IMG/VR virus record: IMGVR_UViG_2767802086_000001
Location: 12,953 to 76,952 of that record
DNA: 64,000 nucleotides
Source of the DNA: a virus
Taxonomy: Duplodnaviria; Caudoviricetes
Strand: one strand, 5' to 3'
The notes under the pieces are model-generated. The model was not told the origin of the DNA. It was given only the letters and a program-made list of their open reading frames with translations, and made no database searches. This document shows, piece after piece, positions 54,930 to 64,000 of this stretch. The number at the start of each line of letters is the position of its first letter. Positions within the stretch are counted from its first letter, which is position 1. Made by a program: the position numbers and the translations under genes.

Positions 54930-55807
54930 AGGTAGATCTCCTTGTCGCGGTTTTCGGCGTAGCCGGGAAGGGCGAGGTAGTTGGGTTCGTCGCCGTAGCC
55001 CGGCCAGTTGCCGGTGGACATGCACTCGGCGAACTTCTCGATGGCGACCCGGTTTTTGGCGCCGCCGATGATCCGGGAGCCGAACTCGATACCGATGACG
55101 TTGATCAGGTAGGGGGCCTTCTTCTCCTGGACGATCAGGAGGAGTTCGGCGTCGTCTCCGCCGAGCCCGAGCGCGCGGGCCGCCTCCTCGTACCAGTCGG
55201 CCTGCTGGTTGTAGCCGTACTTCTCGATCTCCTTCTCCATGACCCGGTCGCTGGCGTCAGCTGCGGTCTTGTAGTCGGGGATGATCAGCCGGCCGGACTG
55301 GATGGACGGCAGCCAGTCGAAGCGGACACGGCGCCGGATGCCGGTAGGCCCGTCAATCCAGAACCCGGACTGCTCAGGGGCCCCGTAGGCGGGGTCGAGG
55401 AGTGCCGCGGCCAGTGGGTGCTTTCGGATGGCGGCAGCCATGGCGTTGACCATGTTCATCTCGTGCTGCTTGAGCGGGATCGCGCCGCGGGATCGGGCTT
55501 CGAGAACCTCGGCCTTCGCGGCGTTGGTGTCCCAGCGGGCGTGGTCGATGACGACGAGTTCGGGCCCGTTGCCCAGCACCTTCTTGTGGGCGGCGTTGCC
55601 GTAGTCGAAGGTCTTGGTGGCCGGCTGCGGGTTGTCCTGCTCATACCGGAACTTGGCAGGGCAGGACGGGGGCAGGAGCTTGCGGGCGCCCGACGACGAC
55701 AGCGACGTCTTATCCGCGTGATAGGACTCGTTGGACAGGTCGTTGTGCAGGCCCAGAGTGGGCGGTTCTGCGGCCGTGTCGACCGGCGGTTCGATGGTGG
55801 TGGTCAT
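54926..55807 (-). CDS. RecE/exonuclease VIII-like PD-(D/E)XK nuclease
   Basis: YHAD..LSSSGARKLL, GNAAH, EQS.FW, RFDW, DYKT, YGYNQQADWY. Confidence 0.88.
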   Translation of the reverse strand: MTTTIEPPVDTAAEPPTLGLHNDLSNESYHADKTSLSSSGARKLLPPSCPAKFRYEQDNPQPATKTFDYGNAAHKKVLGNGPELVVIDHARWDTNAAKAEVLEARSRGAIPLKQHEMNMVNAMAAAIRKHPLAAALLDPAYGAPEQSGFWIDGPTGIRRRVRFDWLPSIQSGRLIIPDYKTAADASDRVMEKEIEKYGYNQQADWYEEAARALGLGGDDAELLLIVQEKKAPYLINVIGIEFGSRIIGGAKNRVAIEKFAECMSTGNWPGYGDEPNYLALPGYAENRDKEIYL

Positions 55808-56304
55808 GCTGCGCCGCCTTCGATGAGCGAGGCGTAGAAGCAGCGGCCGGGGCGCTCGCTGTGCAGTTCGACGAGGCCGTCGCGGTGGAGGTCTTCGAGG
55901 TGGCGCTGCGCCACTGATCGGTAGACGTTCGTACCGATGGCTCGGCGGAGGACGACCTTGGCCCGGCCCGGGGTCCACTCGCCGCCTTCGTTCGCGATGG
56001 CCTGCAGGAGAGCCAGGACCGGCCGAACCTGACCTCCGGGGTGGCGCCAAACGGTCTTGGGGTTGAGCAGGTAGGCACGTTGGCCGTCGACGGTTACGGC
56101 TAGGAGGTGACCGCGCCGGGCGAGGTCTCGCAGGTCTCGGCGGGCGGCGCTGCGGCCGATGCCGGACCAAGGGGTGACGCTGTAGAGGTCTTGCGCGAGC
56201 CTGGTCGTGACCGGCCGTCGCGGACCTTCCTTGATCAGCGCGAGGAGGCTGTCGCGACGGGCGGTGACGTCCAAGGCGCCTCGGGTTTCGAGAATGGTGG
56301 TCAC
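55804..56304 (-). CDS. Tandem winged-helix protein
   Basis: Two repeats ARRDLRDLARRGHL / AQRHLEDLHRDGLV. Confidence 0.65.
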   Translation of the reverse strand: MTTILETRGALDVTARRDSLLALIKEGPRRPVTTRLAQDLYSVTPWSGIGRSAARRDLRDLARRGHLLAVTVDGQRAYLLNPKTVWRHPGGQVRPVLALLQAIANEGGEWTPGRAKVVLRRAIGTNVYRSVAQRHLEDLHRDGLVELHSERPGRCFYASLIEGGAA

Positions 56305-56408
56305 TGGTTGTCCTCTTCGGTCAGGCAGTCTTCGCAGACGGGGCCCTCGGGTCGGCGAGCGAAAGGCCCGGCGGTTCCTTCGCAGCGGACGCAGGCGATG
56401 GGGCTCAT
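56301..56408 (-). CDS. 35-aa Zn-ribbon peptide
   Basis: GGAG RBS; MSPIACVRC..GPF..VCEDC; GTGA overlap. Confidence 0.5.
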   Translation of the reverse strand: MSPIACVRCEGTAGPFARRPEGPVCEDCLTEEDNQ

Positions 56409-56510
56409 GTGGATCTCCGGTTGGTGTGGGTGCCGCGGGCCGCCGTGGGGGTCGGCGGCCCGCGGCTGGCAGACGGAGCGCGGGGAGCTCCACGCCTGCC
56501 GGTCGGTGGG

Positions 56511-57521
56511 TCAGACTGCCGGTGCCGTCTCAGCGGCCTGCTTGGCGGCCCGCTTCTTGAGGTGGGCCTCGTAGTCGTCGCGCCAGGCCTGCGGGTTGTG
56601 GCCGGCCGCGGCAGCCTCGTCCCACGCCCACTCGCCGATCTCGCCCGACTCCAGCTGCTCGTTGAGATCGCGGACCGTCGCCTCGGCAAGGTCCGGGTCG
56701 GCCTTCTTCAGCGCCTGCAAGAGCCGGTAGGCGGACCAGGCGTAGCTGCCCGAGTGGACCCAGGCGATGAAGGCTGCGCGGCCCTTGTCGGTATCCATGT
56801 CGACGTCGAACATCTCGGCCGTCGACTGAAGGGTGCGGCGGAGCATGCCTTCCGCCATCTCCGCGACGGCGCCCGGCTGCGGGAGAGGCGCGAGAGCCTC
56901 GGCGGGCTCGCTCTTCTGTCCGAGAGTTCCGGACCAGTCGTTCAGCACTGCGGCGCGGCCCTTGTCGTTGCCGCTGTAGCGTGCGGGCATCTGCAGGCCA
57001 AGGAAGTCATCGCCGACGAGCAGGAGCGGCTTCTCGGGCGCGGTCTGCCAGACGCGGAGGTGAGTGTCAGCGCGCTTCCAGCGGGCGAGCATCTTGGTGT
57101 CGAGGCTGACCAGGTCACCAGAGGTGGAGGCGTCCTGCAGGGCGTCGCGGAACAGGCTCTGCCACTTCGGGAAGATCGGGTCCTTCGCGGGCACGGTGAG
57201 CTTGCTGCTGTCGTCGGTGATGGTGATCCCGTTGTCGCCGACGGACAGGTCAAGGATCGTGTCGCCTTCGTGGCTCTCCAGCCAGCCCGTCAGCCAGTCA
57301 AGGTCCTTCTCGGCGACGGTGGCGGACCAGGCGTCAGTCTCCTCGCGGACCTTCGTGCGGGCCACGGCGAAGGTGTACCGGTCCGTGGCGAGGGCGTGGA
57401 TGTGGATGCCGTCGCACTCGAAGCGGATGCCGTTGATGGGCGGCAGGGTGTCGTCGGTGCTGACATGCGGGCGGGCTTGCTTGATGAGGCGCTGGAGCCT
57501 GTGGGCGTTGATCGTGGTCAC
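56511..57521 (-). CDS. DnaN (beta-clamp)-like phage protein
   Basis: VSTDDTLPPINGIRFE, ALATDRYTFA, FPKWQSL, GLQMPAR. Confidence 0.75.
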   Translation of the reverse strand: MTTINAHRLQRLIKQARPHVSTDDTLPPINGIRFECDGIHIHALATDRYTFAVARTKVREETDAWSATVAEKDLDWLTGWLESHEGDTILDLSVGDNGITITDDSSKLTVPAKDPIFPKWQSLFRDALQDASTSGDLVSLDTKMLARWKRADTHLRVWQTAPEKPLLLVGDDFLGLQMPARYSGNDKGRAAVLNDWSGTLGQKSEPAEALAPLPQPGAVAEMAEGMLRRTLQSTAEMFDVDMDTDKGRAAFIAWVHSGSYAWSAYRLLQALKKADPDLAEATVRDLNEQLESGEIGEWAWDEAAAAGHNPQAWRDDYEAHLKKRAAKQAAETAPAV

Positions 57522-57638
57522 GGGGATCTCCTCCTGGGATGCTGGTGGGGTGCCCCTGTCGAATTCGCCTCGACAGGGGCGCTTTGGTGAGGCGTTGGTG
57601 CCGGGCCGGGGGCCGGTGGCATCCGCCGGCCCGGCAGG

Positions 57639-58112
57639 TCAGGTGGCCGGGACCGGTACGTGCGTGGGGTCCGTGGCCTGCGGGTTGTCGACGCGGACGA
57701 TGGGGCCGATCCCGAGGGCGTCCCAAAGGGGGCGGACGTTGATCGGGGTGGTGGCCTGGTCCTCACCTGCCGTGGTGTCGCGAATGGACGGCGGGACGGT
57801 GACGGCGTTCCGGTTGGCGTCGGCTGCGAGGTACGGGGCGAGCTGCTGGAGCAGCGCCTCGTTCTCGTCGACGAGCTCGTTCCGCTCGGTGGAGAGGCCG
57901 TTGACCTGGCGGGCCAGGCTGACGTTGGTGCCGTTCGCCGCCTTCAGCTGGTTGTGCGCTGCGGTGAGCCGCTGATCGAGCTGACCGACGGCGGTGGCGG
58001 CACCGACCAGCTGTGCGCGCAGGTGCCGGTTCTCCTCGCGCAGGTCTTCGACTGCGTCGACGGCCCGGTGCTTCGGGCGGCTGTGGCGGCGTATACCGAG
58101 GTGGAGGCTCAT
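57639..58112 (-). CDS. Coiled-coil hypothetical protein
   Basis: Long heptad region; coupled. Confidence 0.65.
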   Translation of the reverse strand: MSLHLGIRRHSRPKHRAVDAVEDLREENRHLRAQLVGAATAVGQLDQRLTAAHNQLKAANGTNVSLARQVNGLSTERNELVDENEALLQQLAPYLAADANRNAVTVPPSIRDTTAGEDQATTPINVRPLWDALGIGPIVRVDNPQATDPTHVPVPAT

Positions 58113-58210
58113 GGCTTCTTCTTTCGGGTCCAGAGGCTGGGGGCTACGGCCATCGCGCAGAACACGAGGCCGATCGAGGTGGGGACGACCGCGAACGAGT
58201 ACGCGGTCAC
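58109..58210 (-). CDS. Small TM peptide
   Basis: Overlaps both neighbours; hydrophobic. Confidence 0.45.
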   Translation of the reverse strand: MTAYSFAVVPTSIGLVFCAMAVAPSLWTRKKKP

Positions 58211-58488
58211 GCGGTCGCCTCGTGCGGGCACTTCGCCGCCAGGTCGACGTCGGCCCGGTAGCGGTCCCAGCCCATGAGCTCGACCCGGTAGCCCTGCCGC
58301 GTGTACTTGGTGCGCTCGCGCTTGGTCGGCCAGATCTCGGCGAGGGCCTGGCTCTCCGTTGCGTGCGCCGTGTCGCCGTAGGCGGCGGTGAGAGCTCCGC
58401 ACGGGCAGCCGCAAGGCGCCCAGGTGATCCACACGCAGTTGGTAAGCGGGACCGTCTGGTCGTCGATCTGCACCATGAGCTCAGGCAT
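58207..58488 (-). CDS. Hypothetical protein (PCGCP)
   Basis: Coupled ORF. Confidence 0.6.
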   Translation of the reverse strand: MPELMVQIDDQTVPLTNCVWITWAPCGCPCGALTAAYGDTAHATESQALAEIWPTKRERTKYTRQGYRVELMGWDRYRADVDLAAKCPHEATA

Positions 58489-58708
58489 TGGGGTTCCCCT
58501 TGCTGGTCTGGAGGCCGAGGGCTGCGAGGAGTTCGCGGAGCCCGGCGTGGATGATCGGGTCGGTGGCGAGCTGGGCGCCGGTGAGGTGCGCGTACTGGCC
58601 GGCCACGTAGTCCGCGGCCCGTATCGCAGCCCGGCGCTCCTGATTGGTGGTCGTGGGCGGCAACGGGGTCTCGTCGCCCCAGAACGCCCGGTCGGTCTCG
58701 AAGCTCAT
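58481..58708 (-). CDS. Hypothetical protein
   Basis: Coupled ORF; RELLAALGL. Confidence 0.6.
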   Translation of the reverse strand: MSFETDRAFWGDETPLPPTTTNQERRAAIRAADYVAGQYAHLTGAQLATDPIIHAGLRELLAALGLQTSKGNPNA

Positions 58709-58953
58709 GTGGTCACCTGCTTGCCGCTGTACGGGACGAAGTCGCGGGTCTTGGCCGACAGGGCTCGGAAGGCGGCGACGCCCTCGATGAACCCGGCGTC
58801 GGCAATGGCGCTGGCCAACCGCCGGGCTTCGCCGGACACGTCCCTGCCCTCAACCGCGGTGTTCCAGCCAGCGGCGTAGGCGCGCATGAACAGCGCTGGG
58901 TCCTCGGACGTTTCGCGGGCACGGTCCTCGGCGATCTCGATGGGCCCCATCAC
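58705..58953 (-). CDS. Hypothetical protein
   Basis: Coupled ORF. Confidence 0.55.
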   Translation of the reverse strand: MMGPIEIAEDRARETSEDPALFMRAYAAGWNTAVEGRDVSGEARRLASAIADAGFIEGVAAFRALSAKTRDFVPYSGKQVTT

Positions 58954-59144
58954 GCATCCGCCTTGCTGCCGGTCCGGACCGCGAACTGGTCGAGCGTCTC
59001 GACGAATCCGCGGGCGAGGCTGTCGGCGTAGTTCGGGTCGAGGCCCAGGGCCCGGACGATGGACTGGGCGACCGGGCCGGTGATGACGGGCGGCGGGTCG
59101 GACAGCAGGGTGGAGACGATGACCGTCTCGGTTCGGGGCGTCAT
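58950..59144 (-). CDS. Hypothetical protein
   Basis: ATGA overlap; start corrected. Confidence 0.55.
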   Translation of the reverse strand: MTPRTETVIVSTLLSDPPPVITGPVAQSIVRALGLDPNYADSLARGFVETLDQFAVRTGSKADA

Positions 59145-59413
59145 GCGGTCACCCCGTCCGTGGTCCGCTGGTACGGGACGCCGATGCTGCGCACCCCGTC
59201 CTCCATGGCCACCTGCGCGGCGACGTCCGGCTCGTCGTCGAGCTCGTCCACCGTCCACAGGACCCGGCGGAGGATCCCGGCGAGCGCCTCGTGGGAGGCG
59301 ACAACGGCGACGTGGTCGTCGATGTCCGTGGCTTGTGCGGTCGCCAGCAGGGTGCGGGCGTCATCGAACGCGGCGGCCGACAAGGCCGGCGAGATGCGGG
59401 TTGCGGTGCTCAT
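59141..59413 (-). CDS. Hypothetical protein
   Basis: AAGGAG RBS; start corrected. Confidence 0.6.
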   Translation of the reverse strand: MSTATRISPALSAAAFDDARTLLATAQATDIDDHVAVVASHEALAGILRRVLWTVDELDDEPDVAAQVAMEDGVRSIGVPYQRTTDGVTA

Positions 59414-59751
59414 CGAGTGCTCCTTGCTTTCAGCTCTGCCTTGAGCCGGTCTTGCGTGGCGATGAGGTCGGCCAGTGCCGCCGACCACTCCGGGTACGTG
59501 TCGCTGGTGGACACCGGGGCGTCGGGGTGGGTGCGGACCAGCAGCGCGAACGTGCTGTCGGCGGGGTCGATGGAGTGCCGGTCCGGGTCGGCCGGCGTGC
59601 ACCGGCCCTGGCACACGAGCACCTGGGCGCCGGAGCGGTAGCGGGCGCCAGACGGTTCGGGAACCCACGGGCCGTGCTGGTCGCCGCAGTGCAGGCACTC
59701 GGGGCGCAGCGGCTCCGGGCGGGCGGCGATCGTGTGGGGGATGGTCGTCAT
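59410..59751 (-). CDS. Hypothetical Zn-binding protein
   Basis: CLHCG..GPW..CQGRC. Confidence 0.55.
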   Translation of the reverse strand: MTTIPHTIAARPEPLRPECLHCGDQHGPWVPEPSGARYRSGAQVLVCQGRCTPADPDRHSIDPADSTFALLVRTHPDAPVSTSDTYPEWSAALADLIATQDRLKAELKARSTR

Positions 59752-60443
59752 GACGCACCGCCCGACTCCGCCTCGTCAGCCATGCGGCGGAGGGCTCGCA
59801 CGGACAGCCGGAGAGCGAGGAGGAAGCCGCGCCCGGCGCCCTGGGTTTCCGGCGTCAGGTCCAAGACCAGTTTGTCGGCGGCCTCGGCCAGCACCGCTGC
59901 GCGGGACGGTCGGGCAGTCAACTCGGCAACCTGGGCCTTCAGCTTGGCCAGTTCGTCGCGCTGCTCCTGCCACACGGTGACGCCGGTCTTCTCGATCTTC
60001 CGACGCTCGATGAACTCAGCCATGACCTGCTCGGCCTGCGCGATCGTCTCGGCCGGGACCGTGGCGAGCATGGCGTCCGCCAAGGGCTCCCGGAACGTGT
60101 CGCCCATCCCGGCACCCCAGAACGACCAGTCCAGCAGCGACCACAGAGGGCCGCGCTTCACCGGGTCGGGGCCCTTCGATAGCGGCGGGCGGACCGCGCC
60201 CCGGCTGAGCTTGTCGGCCATGCGGAAGAGGACGTCAGCGCGGGTGCGGCGCTCCTTGTTGGAGGTGCCCTCCTCGCCTGCCTTCTTCACCAGCCACGCG
60301 ATGATCTGCGCGTCCCGGTCAGCGATCGCCTCGGCGCGGTAGGAGTCGAGCAGCTGCTCGGCGTCGGTGACGTCATGCAGGGTGGCGATGCCTCCGAGGC
60401 TGTCCTCGGACAGGCGGCGGATCAGCTCACGGCGGGCGCTCAT
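59748..60443 (-). CDS. Mosaic hypothetical protein
   Basis: GAGGTGG RBS; start ATG 60443. Confidence 0.65.
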   Translation of the reverse strand: MSARRELIRRLSEDSLGGIATLHDVTDAEQLLDSYRAEAIADRDAQIIAWLVKKAGEEGTSNKERRTRADVLFRMADKLSRGAVRPPLSKGPDPVKRGPLWSLLDWSFWGAGMGDTFREPLADAMLATVPAETIAQAEQVMAEFIERRKIEKTGVTVWQEQRDELAKLKAQVAELTARPSRAAVLAEAADKLVLDLTPETQGAGRGFLLALRLSVRALRRMADEAESGGAS

Positions 60444-61057
60444 GACGCCACCTCGGTCCACTCGCCGTAGCGGACGGTGCGCTGCACGGTGGGCGTGGTC
60501 TCGCGAACCCGGGTGGCGGTCTCGACGGGGAAGCTGTTCAGCAAGTGAACGGTGCCGAACTCGTCGCGGAATCCGACCTCGACGACCGGGGCCGGCAGGG
60601 CGGCCAGCTCGGCGCGGAGGCGGTCCAGCTCGGCGAGGAGCTCGGTCGCGTACTGCGCCGATGCCTCAAGCCAGTGGGCGACGGGGTTCGCGACGCCGAC
60701 GATGCTGTCCGGGTCGTACTCGGTGCGACCGATGGCGAGCGTGTTGCCCGGGCGCATCGTCGAGTACTTCTCGCCCTCGCGCTGGTCCCGGAACTGGAGG
60801 TCGCCGTAGACCACCCAGCCCATCTCGGGGTCGAGGAGTTCATCGCCCCGGTGGTCGGTCGGCTTCGCGGCGCGCAGCAAGTACTGGCGGCCGGAGTGGT
60901 CGGTGACGAGCTGCGGCCCACCAGCGTGACGCGATCCGATCCAGCGCCAGGGAGGCGCGGGAATGGCGTCCAGGTCGGTGCGGATCTCGGCTTCGCGCTC
61001 CGGCGAAAGGGCCGTGGGGCTGGTGTTGTTCGGGGCTGCGGATGGAATGATGGACAT
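60440..61057 (-). CDS. Hypothetical early protein
   Basis: LSPEREAEIR..PPWRW..LLAELDRLRAEL. Confidence 0.65.
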   Translation of the reverse strand: MSIIPSAAPNNTSPTALSPEREAEIRTDLDAIPAPPWRWIGSRHAGGPQLVTDHSGRQYLLRAAKPTDHRGDELLDPEMGWVVYGDLQFRDQREGEKYSTMRPGNTLAIGRTEYDPDSIVGVANPVAHWLEASAQYATELLAELDRLRAELAALPAPVVEVGFRDEFGTVHLLNSFPVETATRVRETTPTVQRTVRYGEWTEVAS

Positions 61058-61144
61058 GGGTCCACCTCTCTGTTCACGCGGATGGTGTGGTGGATCTGAG
61101 GTCGTCCCGGACTGGCGAGTTGCGGGGCGGCCTCTTTGCTGCCG

Positions 61145-61423
61145 TCAGGCAGCCGCGGCGTGCTGGCGGGGCCGGCTGATCCCTCGGCGGAGCGGGAGCG
61201 CGTGCACCTCGGTCGCCTTGTAGTACTGGTCGATGGCCTCGCGACTGACGGTGATCCGACCGCCCTCGCTGTCCCGGCTGACGCTGATGCGGCCGGCCGC
61301 GATGCGTCGGCGGAGGGTCTTCACGCTGATGCGCATCACCCAGGCGGCTTCGCGAATGTTGAAGTAGGGGGCATTCAGGTCGGCCGGCGGCGTTGCCTGG
61401 TCGGTGGGCCTGCTGGTCATCAC
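61145..61423 (-). CDS. xis: Excisionase-like HTH protein
   Basis: FNIREAAWVMRISVKTLRRRIAAGRI..ITVSREAID. Confidence 0.8.
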   Translation of the reverse strand: MMTSRPTDQATPPADLNAPYFNIREAAWVMRISVKTLRRRIAAGRISVSRDSEGGRITVSREAIDQYYKATEVHALPLRRGISRPRQHAAAA

Positions 61424-61671
61424 GTCTGGTTCCTTTCTGTTTGGTCCTCGGTGGGGGCGAGGAGATCGCCGTCAGTCGCTTCGAGAGCGGAGCGGAGGCG
61501 GACGTACTTGCTCGGGCTCATGCGGTAGCGGGTGCCTCGTTCGAGCTTTCGCAGGTAGCTGGCGGTGCAGCCGACCTTGTCGGCGAGCTGCTGGACTTCG
61601 ATCCCCGCTTGCATGCGCTTTTTGCATATGGCCGCCCCGTCCACTTCGAAAGTGGTTGGGGTTTGGTGCAT
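61420..61671 (-). CDS. Cro-like XRE regulator
   Basis: QQLADKVGCTASYLRKLERG; first gene of early operon. Confidence 0.85.
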   Translation of the reverse strand: MHQTPTTFEVDGAAICKKRMQAGIEVQQLADKVGCTASYLRKLERGTRYRMSPSKYVRLRSALEATDGDLLAPTEDQTERNQT

Positions 61672-61677
61672 GAGTAG

Positions 61678-61765
61678 AACCTACCCATAGTTGCCCACGA
61701 CGTCTACCCATACTTGCCCATGAGTTGGCCACGGTTGGACACGACCTACCCTCAGATGCCCTGTG
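61678..61765. promoter_or_regulatory. Lysis/lysogeny switch operator array
   Basis: CTACCCATAgTTGCCCA at 61681 and CTACCCATAcTTGCCCA at 61704 plus degenerate copies at about 11-12 bp spacing. Confidence 0.65.
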
Positions 61766-61848
61766 ACCTGGGGTTACGTGTGCATTACTTCCGGCCCAAT
61801 ACGGGCTCAGTCCTGGCTGGTCCCGCCCGGTCCTGCCAAGATGGGGCC

Positions 61849-62268
61849 ATGGCACCCAGTGACCTCGACCGCCTCGCGAAGGCAGCCCGCAAGCGCCGCA
61901 ACGACCTGGGCCTCGCCCTCAACGACAAGAACGCCAAAGCTGCCAAGACGTCCAAGGGCACCTGGCAGCGCGTAGAGCGAGGGGAGACGATCCGGCCCAC
62001 GAACTACGTCAAGATCGACGCCCTGCTTCAGTGGGCACCCGGCAGCTGCATGGCGGTCCTCGGCGGCGGAGAACCCATCCCCACGAAGGCGTCGGAGGAT
62101 GCCCCAGGCGTGCAGATCTCGCAACGGCCAGCCGCAGACCTCGAAGGCCGGGCCCGTGACGTGATTCGGCTCGCAATGATCGCTACTGAGACCGGCCTCA
62201 CTGTGGAGCAGGTTCGCGAGCTCAGCGACAGGGCGGTACAGGACCTCAAGGCCAACGGGTTGATCTGA
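61849..62268 (+). CDS. CI-like immunity repressor (XRE)
   Basis: RKRRNDLGL..TSKGTWQRVERG..IDALLQWAPGS; divergent from Cro. Confidence 0.8.
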   Translation: MAPSDLDRLAKAARKRRNDLGLALNDKNAKAAKTSKGTWQRVERGETIRPTNYVKIDALLQWAPGSCMAVLGGGEPIPTKASEDAPGVQISQRPAADLEGRARDVIRLAMIATETGLTVEQVRELSDRAVQDLKANGLI

Positions 62269-62427
62269 CCGAAGTTCACCTGATTGGCGTACAACCATTT
62301 GCCTTTATGGTCACAGCGCCGCTTTTTCTCCCACCACTTTGGCCTCACATGGTCCCAACTAGCCCACGACGTGGCAGAGTCGAAGCACGCCCTTGGAGGC
62401 TCCCGCAATCCCAATCAAGGGGGAGCC

Positions 62428-62631
62428 ATGCAATACAGCGAACCACTCATAGTTGACTACGGGCCGAAATTCCATGGCCATGGCTTTTTGGTCGCCGAGA
62501 GGATCGTGTGTGTGATTCCCCGCCAGCTGCACCCCGGTAACGCCGCAGCTTCAGCAATGCCGGAGATGGTGAGGGAACTCGGAGGAAACTGTGGTGACTG
62601 TCGCAACTGCCCACTTGGGCGGCGCGGCTGA
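62428..62631 (+). CDS. Small Cys-rich protein between repressor and integrase
   Basis: GGGGAG RBS; CGDCRNC. Confidence 0.55.
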   Translation: MQYSEPLIVDYGPKFHGHGFLVAERIVCVIPRQLHPGNAAASAMPEMVRELGGNCGDCRNCPLGRRG

Positions 62632-62710
62632 CACCATGGAGCACGTGGGGTCGCCTTGGCGGTAGGGGTACCTGCCGGGCACCCGCGTCTCACCTGTCGA
62701 GGGGGTTGCA

Positions 62711-64000
62711 ATGGGCCGGATCAATCAGCATGTCCACGTTGAGTGGCGTGGCGGAACCTGCCGCGTGAAGTGGTGGAACAACGAATACCTTGAGAACGGC
62801 CGCAGACGGTACGAGTCCAAGGGTGGATTCACCGACGAAGAAGCGGCCTACGAGTACGGCCATGACAAGCGGTCCGAGATCCGGCACGGCACGCACGTCA
62901 AGAACAGAGACGGCGCGACCCTGATGTCGGACTGGCTGGACGACTGGCTCGCCGCCATGGACCACGGTCACCTGACGGAGCGCGGCTACCGGTCGGCGAT
63001 CGAGAACCATATTCGCCCGTACTTCAAGAAGCAGAACGCATCCGTCGGTGACATCGACGTTCTCGCTTACCGGGCGTTCAAGAAGCACATCAACGCGAAG
63101 ATGAAGAAGCCGAGCTCGGCCAGCAACATCATGATGGTGCTCGGCATGGTGCTCGACGACGCGGTGCCCCGCCTGATCAAGACGTCACCAGTCGAACGGA
63201 CTAGGCGTCGGGGAAAGTTCGTCAAGAAGCCCAAGGAGCGCAAGAAGGACATGACGCCAGAAGCCGTTGAGCAGCTGGCGCGCAACGCGAGGATCTACTT
63301 CGGCGAATCGGGCTACGCCTTCATCTGGACCATGGCCCTGACCGGCATGCGGCCGGCCGAGCTGTTCGGCTTGACGCGTGAGTACTGCTACCCGAACTGG
63401 CCCATCACCGACCCACGGTCGGACCCGGACGAGGCGGAGCGGTACGAGGAGGACGTCGAGCGGTACGGCAAGACTGACGGCCTGATGCCGGCAATTCGAG
63501 TAGAACGCCAAGTTCAGTACGCAGACAGCGTGCTCCAGTTCTTCCCGCCGAAGTACGAGTCGCGCCGGACGCTGGTGGTGCCGCCGTTCCTGGCGGAGCT
63601 GCTGGAGAAGCTCCTCATGTCACACGACAGCGAGTGGGTGTTCCCGGCGATCCAGGGCGGGAGCCTGGGGGTGGTGAACTTCGACTACGTGTACTGGCGG
63701 CCGATCGCTGACGGCGCCGATGCGCGCAAGGGGCCGCGAGTCCGCCGGCCTCGGGCGGAGATGCCGACCGTGCCGTCGTTCAAGGGCAAGCGCCTGTACC
63801 TGCTGCGGCATGGCCATAAGGCCTGGCTGGACGAGGACGCCCATAGCACGTTCGCGGTGGAGTCCCGGATGGGCCACGAGGTGCCGGGTGTTGGGGGGAT
63901 CTATTCGAGCGTGACGGTGCCGATGGAGCGTGCCATCATGAAGACGATGCAGGAGCGTTGGGAAGGTCTGCAGGACAGGTTGAGAGGGTCGGAAAGCTAG
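62711..64000 (+). CDS. int: Tyrosine integrase
   Basis: GFTDEEAA arm domain, ALTGMRPAEL, PPK, YLLRH, RMGH, GIY. Confidence 0.93.
   Translation: MGRINQHVHVEWRGGTCRVKWWNNEYLENGRRRYESKGGFTDEEAAYEYGHDKRSEIRHGTHVKNRDGATLMSDWLDDWLAAMDHGHLTERGYRSAIENHIRPYFKKQNASVGDIDVLAYRAFKKHINAKMKKPSSASNIMMVLGMVLDDAVPRLIKTSPVERTRRRGKFVKKPKERKKDMTPEAVEQLARNARIYFGESGYAFIWTMALTGMRPAELFGLTREYCYPNWPITDPRSDPDEAERYEEDVERYGKTDGLMPAIRVERQVQYADSVLQFFPPKYESRRTLVVPPFLAELLEKLLMSHDSEWVFPAIQGGSLGVVNFDYVYWRPIADGADARKGPRVRRPRAEMPTVPSFKGKRLYLLRHGHKAWLDEDAHSTFAVESRMGHEVPGVGGIYSSVTVPMERAIMKTMQERWEGLQDRLRGSES

Larger units (their letters stand above)
1..64000. mobile_element. Temperate siphovirus-like prophage (both ends outside window), Streptomyces-type host
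   Basis: Integrase/CI/Cro/Xis, replication, terminase-portal-capsid-tail genes in canonical order; no host housekeeping gene recognised. Confidence 0.95.

Overview
The whole window is one large (>64 kb) temperate siphovirus-type prophage of a high-GC actinomycete, most likely Streptomyces (WhiB, TraB/Spd-like genes, DUF6221). From right to left it contains: tyrosine integrase, CI/Cro switch and excisionase (61-64 kb); a long minus-strand early operon with a beta-clamp-like protein, RecE-like nuclease plus partner, SLOG, WhiB, sigma-like regulator, C5 DNA methyltransferase, initiator with internal iterons, DnaC-like loader, DnaB, Gp37/68 radical-SAM-like and MazG-like genes (38.7-61 kb); an AICE/plasmid-like transfer module (TraB-type FtsK translocase, Spd-like membrane proteins, divergent HTH regulator, Nudix pair; 28-37 kb) with no integrase or Rep of its own; a complete head-tail module with a GGGAAAA -1 frameshift (5-24.7 kb); and a convergent, translationally coupled glycan-modification operon (GT4, RmlB-like dehydratase, 2OG-Fe(II) oxygenase, GT2-like, SAM methyltransferase, GT2; 0.3-5 kb). 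No lysis genes or att sites were recognised, so both prophage ends lie outside the window. All family assignments come from reading motifs by eye; no database searches were run. Several start codons were corrected relative to the ORF track.
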